This document shows, one piece after another, positions 57,288 to 64,000 of a DNA stretch of 64,000 bases; the first letter of the stretch is position 1, and each line of letters opens with the position of its first letter. The DNA comes from an uncultured Duncaniella sp. (lineage in GTDB: Bacteria; Bacteroidota; Bacteroidia; Bacteroidales; Muribaculaceae): contig CAJUKP010000005.1 of the NCBI GenBank assembly GCA_910587165.1, positions 5,050 through 69,049 of the forward strand, in the 5' to 3' direction. The notes under the pieces were generated by a model, which worked only from the letters and a program-made list of their open reading frames with translations, was not told the DNA's origin and did not search any database. Made by a program: the position numbers and the translations under genes.

Positions 57288-58297
57288 CGTGTGTCCCATT
57301 TTCCAGAGGGGTTGACACTCACCGTCCCTCCGGTCTGCATGAGCGGAGAGGGTATGTTGTTGTGATAGAGCTGGCCTGTGCCGAGCCCCTGAGGCATCGT
57401 CACCTCCCGGCGCGACAGCCATGAGCCTATGGCATTCAGCCCCACATTTGATTCCAGAGCTGATGTGGCCCACCATCCGGCGCCACATTCTGCGGCGAGC
57501 CTGATCCATTCTTCCGAGCCGGAGAATCCACCGCATAGCGTTGGCTTTATGATCACGTAGGCCGGGCGCACCTTCCCGAGCATACGCTCGCGCGATGCTG
57601 TGTCGTTGAGCCCTATAAGTTCCTCATCGAGAGCTACGGGTATAGGAGAGTCGCGGCATATACGGGCCATCTCCTCCCACTGTCCGGCCCTTATGGGCTG
57701 TTCAATGGAGTGTATGCCGAATGCAGCCAGACGCTCGAGCCTGCCGAGTGCCTCGGCAGGAGTGAAAGCACCGTTGGCATCGAGCCTGATCTGCACCTCC
57801 GGAGCCTGTGAACGCAAATAGCCCAGAAGATCCAGCTCGTCGGCAAAGTCGATCCCGCCTATCTTGATTTTTATGCAGCCGAAACCTTCGGCAAGCTTGG
57901 CATCAACCCGTGCGCGCATCGTCTCACGGTCGCCCATCCAGATGAGGCCGTTTATGGGCACACACCACGGAGCCGGGTTGAAGGGACGCATCACTCCACC
58001 GGCCTCAAGATCGGCAACCGCCGTCTCGAATCCCATCTTTATGGATGGCCAGGCGTCGAGCAGAGCCGGATCCGCGGCATAGCGGTCAGGCTCGCGGCAC
58101 ACAGCCGAGAGCATCTCCTCATAATCCGGACGGTCATCGCAACTGAGTCCCCTGAACAGGGCCGCCTCGCCGAGACCGCTTACGCCATCACGGTGAAGCC
58201 GGATGAAATACGTGTCCTTGTGCCTGAGCCGCTCGCGTGACGTGATGGCCGTGAAGCGGAAATCAAGTCTGTAACGGCACCATTCGCCCGTCATCAT
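57275..58297 (-). CDS. menC: o-succinylbenzoate synthase
   Basis: Enolase superfamily 'KIKIG', 'RLDANG', 'SIEQP', 'ALDEELIG', 'KPTL.GG', '[10 protein letters not shown]', 'QGLGTG'. Confidence 0.93.
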   Translation of the reverse strand: MMTGEWCRYRLDFRFTAITSRERLRHKDTYFIRLHRDGVSGLGEAALFRGLSCDDRPDYEEMLSAVCREPDRYAADPALLDAWPSIKMGFETAVADLEAGGVMRPFNPAPWCVPINGLIWMGDRETMRARVDAKLAEGFGCIKIKIGGIDFADELDLLGYLRSQAPEVQIRLDANGAFTPAEALGRLERLAAFGIHSIEQPIRAGQWEEMARICRDSPIPVALDEELIGLNDTASRERMLGKVRPAYVIIKPTLCGGFSGSEEWIRLAAECGAGWWATSALESNVGLNAIGSWLSRREVTMPQGLGTGQLYHNNIPSPLMQTGGTVSVNPSGKWDTRCLF

Positions 58298-59115
58298 CCC
58301 GGGAACTTAGGGAACTGATCGAAGTCAGGGTCACGCTTCTCAAGGAATGCGTTCTTTCCCTCCTGTGCCTCGGCCATCAGATAGTACATGAGAGTGGCAT
58401 CACCTGCAAACTCCATCATGCCTCGCTGTCCGTCGAGCTCGGCATTGAGAGCTCGCTTTATCATGCGGATAGCCATCGGCGAGCGCGAGAGGATGGTCTC
58501 GCACCACTCCACTGTCTCGTCCTCGAGCCTCTCGAAAGGAACCACTTTGTTGACCATACCCATCTCCTCGGCCTCGCGGGCAGTGTACTGGCGGCAGAGG
58601 AACCAAATCTCGCGGGCTTTCTTCTGCCCCACGCAACGGGCCAGATAGCTCGAGCCGAAACCGGCATCGAAACTGCCCACCTTAGGACCGGTCTGTCCGA
58701 ACCGGGCGTTTTCCGAGGCGATGGTGAGGTCACAGACCACATGGAGCACATGGCCACCTCCGATGGCATAGCCGTTGACCATCGCGATCACGGGCTTGGG
58801 TATGGAACGTATGGCCTTGTGGAGATCAAGCACATTGAGACGCGGCACTCCGTTGTCGTCGATATATCCTCCGACACCTTTCACCTTCTGGTCGCCACCT
58901 GAGCAGAATGCCTTGTCGCCTGTTCCGGTGAGTATGATCACCCCTATGTCCGAGGCCTCGCGGCAATAAGCCATGGCATCGAGCATCTCGAAATTGGTGT
59001 GGGGCCGGAAAGCATTGTAGACCTCCGGGCGATTGATGGTGATCTTGGCTATGCGGCCATACTGCTCGAAGAGTATGTCGTCATACACCTTTATGGTTTT
59101 CCATTCGCGGGTCAT
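58294..59115 (-). CDS. menB: 1,4-dihydroxy-2-naphthoyl-CoA synthase
   Basis: 'AFCSGGDQ', 'PRLNVL', '[10 protein letters not shown]', '[12 protein letters not shown]', 'GQKKAREIW'; start MTREW at 59115. Confidence 0.96.
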   Translation of the reverse strand: MTREWKTIKVYDDILFEQYGRIAKITINRPEVYNAFRPHTNFEMLDAMAYCREASDIGVIILTGTGDKAFCSGGDQKVKGVGGYIDDNGVPRLNVLDLHKAIRSIPKPVIAMVNGYAIGGGHVLHVVCDLTIASENARFGQTGPKVGSFDAGFGSSYLARCVGQKKAREIWFLCRQYTAREAEEMGMVNKVVPFERLEDETVEWCETILSRSPMAIRMIKRALNAELDGQRGMMEFAGDATLMYYLMAEAQEGKNAFLEKRDPDFDQFPKFPG

Positions 59116-59470
59116 ATCGGTATCGGTATCGGTTTTATGTGTTATGAAGAAAAAACGTTTATTGCACTGCAAGAACGCAGGATGAGAAAGGCCACAGACC
59201 GCCCCCATCCGCTTCTCCCTGCAAAATTACGCAAAATCCCAGTTTAATCCAAGGGCCGTGGGAGCGGAAGGGAGCGGAGCGGGATAATGCCTTCTAACGT
59301 TTTTTAACATCAAAATATATCATAACAACCTGTCTTTTCAAAGATTATTAATATATTTGCATTATAATCTCTACACTGTAAGTGCTTTACTTAACTTAAT
59401 GGTATATTTTACCCTGCAGTGGAGTTTCGCCATAATGGCGCAATGGCGACCAAACTAATAAATCAATCCA

Positions 59471-61834
59471 ATGAAAAAAACAATTTTTGTGAGCTTAATG
59501 GCCTTGGTGCTTACCTTTGTAAGTGGCTGTTCAGACAAAGAAGAACCCGCCCGAATTACGATCAGCGAAAGTAGCGTGGAGTATTTTCATGACCGCATGG
59601 ACTTCTCTGCTGAAGGAGGGTCTAAAACTGTCAGCTTTACCACCAACAAAAATTGGGAGGTGAAAATATCTGATTCAGGAATGAATGTTGACTGGTGCAC
59701 AGTGACTCCGTCAACCGGTGCCAGTGGAGAGATAACCATAACAATCGCGGTCAAGGAAAACACCTCGTATGGGGAAAGAAATGTAGTCCTGACTCTTACC
59801 GCGGGAGATGTAACTGAAAAACTGCGTGTGTCACAAAAACAGAATGATGCAATTCTGTTATCGTCATCCTTATATGAAATTCCAATGGAAGGAGGAGAGA
59901 TTGATCTTGAAGTAAGGAGCAATGTCAATTATTCCGTTGAAATTCCAGAGCAATTCCGCTCATGGATACATCACAAAAGTTCTACCAGGGCATTGGAAAG
60001 CAAAAATTTGGAATTCAAGATTGACGGTAATGAAGACTATGGTAAACGAGAAGGAGAAATTCTCATAACCGATGGTAATATTTCAGAGGTCGTAAAAGTT
60101 TATCAAGCAGGAGGTGGTATCCTTGTGCTTTCTCAGAATGAGTACAATGTTCCTTCAGACGGCGGGACAATCACTGTTGATTTAAGTTCGAACTTCGAAT
60201 ATGAATATCAGATGCCGGATGTTGAATGGATTAGGCTTGACAATGGAACCAGAGGGATGTCAAGTCACACATTAAATTTCGACGTTCTTCCCAATGAATT
60301 ATATGACGGACGCAGTGCCACTATCCGCATCTTTGATCCAAACGGGACTGTCAATGAAACTGTAACGATCAATCAAGCTCAGAAAGATGCAATTATCATT
60401 TCCCAAAAGGAATTCTCAGTTGATTCAAATCAAAATTTCATATCCATTGATGTCAACTCAAACATTGAATTTGAGGCAATCATAAATGAAACTTGCTCAG
60501 ATTGGATTCGATTGGCAGAAAATCCATTGATGCGTGCATTAAATCCGTACAAACTCGACTATGTCATAGAAGAAAACAAAACATACGATAAGCGAGACGG
60601 AACAATCGTGATAAAGAGCAAAGATAATGCCCTTGCAGATACCATTTACATCTCGCAAGCACAAAACGATGCCATCATTGTTGAGTCGGCTAAAGAAGTC
60701 AATGTCTCCTATGAAGGAGCCACTGTTGACGTTGATGTCAATTCCAATGTGGATATAGAATTGGAGTTCCTTCAGGATTGGACGCACAATATAGTTTCGA
60801 CAAGAGGTTTGGTAGGATCATCACATTCTTTTGTAGTTGATGAAAACGACACGCCGTATGAACGCACCGGTACTGTCGTTGTGAAGAAGGTCAACACTGA
60901 CCTTCCTGCCGACACTATGTATGTTCACCAAGAGAAAGGATTTCTGACTTTGGAAATTACTCCTGGTCAATTGGCAAATGAATTGCAAAAGTATCCTGAC
61001 GTAACCGTCGAGAGGCTAAATTTATCCGGATCTCTGAATGTCAAAGATTATCTGACTCTCCGAGAAATCAAGACCTTATGCAACTTGGATTTATCAAATC
61101 TTTCTGACGAAACAATGCCCAAACAAGCTTTTATGGGTATTGATAACATTAAAACTATTAAATTACCAAATAATCTTACAGAAATACCTGATGAACTATT
61201 TAACATGACTAATGGTGGAGTTATGCAGGGGTTGAATTGTGAACTGACAATCCCATCAACGGTCAAAAGAATTGGCAAAAGGGCCTTCAGTTGTAATGCT
61301 ATAAAAGGAAGATTAACAATACCAAATAATGTAGAAATTGTGGATGAGTATGCATTTTGGTGTTTATGGGGACTATCCGAACTGATAATTGAAGACGATG
61401 TAAAAAGATTAGAAAATTCATGTTTTGCTGGGCTTCCGGACCTTTCAACTTTCTACATAGGGAAAAACATTGAATTCATGGGAGATGATGTGTTTAATAG
61501 TTGCGGTTATAGAGGTACTATAGTAATTCCAGATAAAATTCAATCTATTGGTACAACCTTCTTCAATGGTAGTAAGTGTTCTTCTATTGTTTTAGGAACT
61601 TCAATTTCATACATTGGATGGTTTAGTTTGGATAATATCTCGGACTTAAAATCTGTATACTGTAAATCAAAAACGCCCCCTACCTATGATTTCGCCGTTG
61701 AAGGTACTCCTCTCCTTTATCTTGGAATTCCAATAGGTAGCAAAGAAATGTATGAACAGGTTGCTCCATGGAAAGATTTCATGGTGATTGAAGAAATTGA
61801 TTACGACAATTTTGTAATTCCCGGAACCGAATAA
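59471..61834 (+). CDS. Surface lipoprotein with about five BACON domains and a BspA-type leucine-rich-repeat C-terminus
   Basis: Lipobox VSGC; repeated 'GG...V..SN...W...N.....R...I.....V.Q' units; LRR 'IP.TVKRIG..AF', 'IPNNVE.V..YAF', 'SVYC....PP'. Confidence 0.88.
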   Translation: MKKTIFVSLMALVLTFVSGCSDKEEPARITISESSVEYFHDRMDFSAEGGSKTVSFTTNKNWEVKISDSGMNVDWCTVTPSTGASGEITITIAVKENTSYGERNVVLTLTAGDVTEKLRVSQKQNDAILLSSSLYEIPMEGGEIDLEVRSNVNYSVEIPEQFRSWIHHKSSTRALESKNLEFKIDGNEDYGKREGEILITDGNISEVVKVYQAGGGILVLSQNEYNVPSDGGTITVDLSSNFEYEYQMPDVEWIRLDNGTRGMSSHTLNFDVLPNELYDGRSATIRIFDPNGTVNETVTINQAQKDAIIISQKEFSVDSNQNFISIDVNSNIEFEAIINETCSDWIRLAENPLMRALNPYKLDYVIEENKTYDKRDGTIVIKSKDNALADTIYISQAQNDAIIVESAKEVNVSYEGATVDVDVNSNVDIELEFLQDWTHNIVSTRGLVGSSHSFVVDENDTPYERTGTVVVKKVNTDLPADTMYVHQEKGFLTLEITPGQLANELQKYPDVTVERLNLSGSLNVKDYLTLREIKTLCNLDLSNLSDETMPKQAFMGIDNIKTIKLPNNLTEIPDELFNMTNGGVMQGLNCELTIPSTVKRIGKRAFSCNAIKGRLTIPNNVEIVDEYAFWCLWGLSELIIEDDVKRLENSCFAGLPDLSTFYIGKNIEFMGDDVFNSCGYRGTIVIPDKIQSIGTTFFNGSKCSSIVLGTSISYIGWFSLDNISDLKSVYCKSKTPPTYDFAVEGTPLLYLGIPIGSKEMYEQVAPWKDFMVIEEIDYDNFVIPGTE

Positions 61835-61849
61835 AAGATATGTCCTTGT

Positions 61850-61882
61850 GTGAGCCATGAGGTTAGAGACCTTGTGGCTCAC
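61850..61882 (+). terminator. Stem-loop after the BACON-LRR gene
   Basis: GTGAGCCATGAGG / CCTTGTGGCTCAC followed by TCAATTTT. Confidence 0.6.
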
Positions 61883-61975
61883 TCAATTTTAATTTGTAAT
61901 ATAAGCATTTTATTTCCGAGGTTCATTTAAATGTATTTGATCCTTAACAAATTATTAATTTGAATAAAATAAAAG

Positions 61976-62779
61976 ATGAGAATATACCATTATACAAATA
62001 TTGACACACTTGCACTGATTCTTAAGAATAAGACTATCCGATTCAATAGACTTGACAAAGTTGATGATCTGGAAGAAGGCCGTTCGGAATGTTCCGGCAT
62101 AAATATAGCGCAATATACATTTGTTTCATGTTGGACTGAAAATCCCGAGGAAAGCATCCCTCTGTGGAAACTATATACGGATAAGGAGATGGGAGTAAGA
62201 ATTGGGATGGATAAGGATATGTTTAAGACGTATTCGTATCATGATGAAGAAGTCATCAATGGTGTATATATGAAAGGAGAAGTCAAAACAATTCTTTCCC
62301 CTGAGATGTTGTCTCCAGCTAAAATAGTGTTAATGCCTATTTTCAATGATGGAGTATTTTATAGAAAGGTTCAATATGTCAATGACGTATCCTCTGAACT
62401 AAAGGGAGCTGTCTCAAAAGACGCAAATGGTGGCTACCAATTTCAATTATCAAAATTTGGTGCATTTAAAAATAGCAGATGGGCTTTCCAACAAGAGAGC
62501 AGATTTGTACTGAATATCTATCCTAATCCTCAAAAAATTCCTTATACCGATGAACGACTTGCCCATTGGCTTTGTCAGGTTATTGGTGCCAACATACCGA
62601 ATTCAATTTCTCATTACGATATGGATTTAGATGGAAACGCACTAAGTGCAATGGAAATCACTATGTGTCCAAATATGTCTGAAGGTAATAAAATAATTGT
62701 TGAAAGCCTATGTAATACATATTTGGGCAACGTTAAACCAAAAGAAAGTCAATTGTCTCGTTTAGTAAATTTAAAATGA
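61976..62779 (+). CDS. DUF2971-family protein (probable ADP-ribosyltransferase-like fold)
   Basis: 'IYHYT....L..IL.N..IRF..L..VDD..EG', 'FVSCWT...ESIPLW.LY...GVRIG', 'K...W.FQQE.RF'. Confidence 0.75.
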   Translation: MRIYHYTNIDTLALILKNKTIRFNRLDKVDDLEEGRSECSGINIAQYTFVSCWTENPEESIPLWKLYTDKEMGVRIGMDKDMFKTYSYHDEEVINGVYMKGEVKTILSPEMLSPAKIVLMPIFNDGVFYRKVQYVNDVSSELKGAVSKDANGGYQFQLSKFGAFKNSRWAFQQESRFVLNIYPNPQKIPYTDERLAHWLCQVIGANIPNSISHYDMDLDGNALSAMEITMCPNMSEGNKIIVESLCNTYLGNVKPKESQLSRLVNLK

Positions 62780-62858
62780 TTCATAGGGTCATATTATACA
62801 TTATATAATCAAGAATAAGATGATTGTCAACCCTTATTAAAAACTCAATCAGACTCAT

Positions 62859-64000
62859 ATGGACACATTGAAGGAATATCTTGACGGGCTGCTTTCGGAG
62901 CAGGAGAATGTCGAAGTTGAGTTCAAGCATGCTCATGGCGGTTTCCCGGGTAGTTTCTGGGAGACCTACTCGGCATTTGCCAATACGAATGGCGGTATCA
63001 TCATATTCGGTGTCAAAGAGAAGCATGACCAATTCTTTCTTGACCCGATTGACGATGCTCTTGCGGAGACTCTTATCAAGACATTTTGGAAACAGGTCAG
63101 GAGTAAGGATTGTGTGAATCTCTGTTTGCTATCAAATGATGATATTTCTAAATCAAAATATGACTACAAGAACATCATAATCTTCAATGTGCCACGCTCT
63201 CCCATTGCTGACCGTCCGGTTTATGTCGGCAGAGATCCATTGACCGGAACTTATCGCCGTGGCCATGAGGGTGACTATAAATGCACTCCTTCTGAAGTGA
63301 GGCAGATGTTTGCCGATGCAAATATAGATGCTCCGGCCGACAGCCGTCTTCTGGAATTCTTCGGGATGGACGATATTGACATTGATTCGCTCAACCAATA
63401 TCGTCAGCGCATGGCCGTCGCCAATCCCGACCATGTCTGGCTGGGCCTTGACAACAAGGAGTTTCTGAAGAAACTTGGTGGTTATAGGGTTGACAGGCGC
63501 ACGAAGAAAGAAGGACTTACTGTCGCAGGATTATTAATGTTCGGGAAGTGGAGTTCCATCAGGGATGTAGAAGCCATACCAAACTATGGTGTGGACTATA
63601 GAGAATATACAGAGACAAGCGAGCGTTGGAGTCACCGCATATTCTCCGATGGGTCATGGGAGGCAAATCTGTTTCAGTTCTTCTATAGAGTGCTTCCCCG
63701 TCTTCAAAGTGTGATTGACACCCCTTTCCGTCTTGAAGGGAACACTCGTATTGATCAGAAACCGGCTCATAAATCCTTGCGTGAGGCATTGGTGAACTGT
63801 CTCATTCATGCAGCGTATGGCTCTACTACGCGAGTGGTAATCAGCCGCTATCCCTATGAGATAGTCTTCTCTAATCCCGGCACCATGCTTGTGAGCCAAC
63901 GGCAATTTTTCACCGGCGGGCAGTCTGTATGCCGCAATCAGTCATTGCAGGTGATGTTTTCATTATTGGGTGCCGGAGATCAGGCCGGAAGCGGTGGTGA
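62859..64000 (+). CDS. AlbA_2 (Schlafen-like) domain plus HATPase_c_4-type protein, truncated by the window edge
   Basis: Not in the ORF track. From ATG 62859: MDTLKEYL...ENVEVEFKHAHGGFPGSFWETYSAFANTNGGIIIFGVKE...GLTVAGLLMFGK...LREALVNCLIHA.Y...FSNPG...SVCRN...GDQAGSG. Confidence 0.88.
   Translation, partial: MDTLKEYLDGLLSEQENVEVEFKHAHGGFPGSFWETYSAFANTNGGIIIFGVKEKHDQFFLDPIDDALAETLIKTFWKQVRSKDCVNLCLLSNDDISKSKYDYKNIIIFNVPRSPIADRPVYVGRDPLTGTYRRGHEGDYKCTPSEVRQMFADANIDAPADSRLLEFFGMDDIDIDSLNQYRQRMAVANPDHVWLGLDNKEFLKKLGGYRVDRRTKKEGLTVAGLLMFGKWSSIRDVEAIPNYGVDYREYTETSERWSHRIFSDGSWEANLFQFFYRVLPRLQSVIDTPFRLEGNTRIDQKPAHKSLREALVNCLIHAAYGSTTRVVISRYPYEIVFSNPGTMLVSQRQFFTGGQSVCRNQSLQVMFSLLGAGDQAGSGG

Noticed and set aside
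53684..59208. ORF-track N-terminal extensions of nfeD (55402), menE (57536) and menB (59208); likewise cobU, cobS and cobC
   Set aside because: They overlap upstream genes or promoters; downstream starts match family N-termini.
765..59247. Many long opposite-strand or alternate-frame ORFs (e.g. 765-1652+, 3639-4688+, 7116-8180+, 14820-15770+, 22112-23113+, 42114-43142-, 45032-46126-, 48046-49119-)
   Set aside because: Shadows of well-supported genes in GC-rich DNA; no recognisable motifs.
59116..59285. Short repeats ATCGGT x3 and GGGAGCGGA x2 upstream of menB
   Set aside because: Too short and too few copies to support phase variation or a defined element.

Overview
Bacteroidales chromosomal DNA, probably Muribaculaceae-like (inferred from gene content, roughly 55-60% GC core genes and TAnnTTTG promoters). 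Left to right: a type V (Mfa/Fim) pilus operon (DUF3575, DUF3868, Mfa1, Mfa2, further pilin cut by the window edge); tRNA-Leu(TAG) followed by a 164-bp palindrome; M16 peptidase; PD-(D/E)XK nuclease coupled to mazG; PHP tyrosine phosphatase; a ~26-kb cobalamin locus (cobUTSC converging on a riboswitch-led operon with TonB receptor, surface lipoprotein, exported CbiK, CobN-like protein, BtuFCD-type ABC transporter and fused cbi genes, with no cbiL or cysG/hem genes in the window); a lower-GC cassette region bounded by two interleaved direct-repeat pairs; a five-gene acid-sugar catabolic operon (DHDPS-family aldolase, SSS symporter, Fe-ADH, PdxA2, DUF1537 kinase); wza/wzz-like genes; M23-LysM peptidase; aspT; nfeD; a UPF0104 membrane protein; menE-menC-menB; and an AT-rich right end (BACON-LRR lipoprotein, DUF2971, AlbA_2/HATPase protein). 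Best candidate for an undescribed system: the acid-sugar operon, whose enzyme set fits a route for a 7-carbon 2-keto-3-deoxy acid such as the pectin RG-II sugar Dha (Dha to pyruvate + D-threuronate, then D-threonate, then DHAP + CO2). All calls are from motif recognition by eye; no database searches were run.
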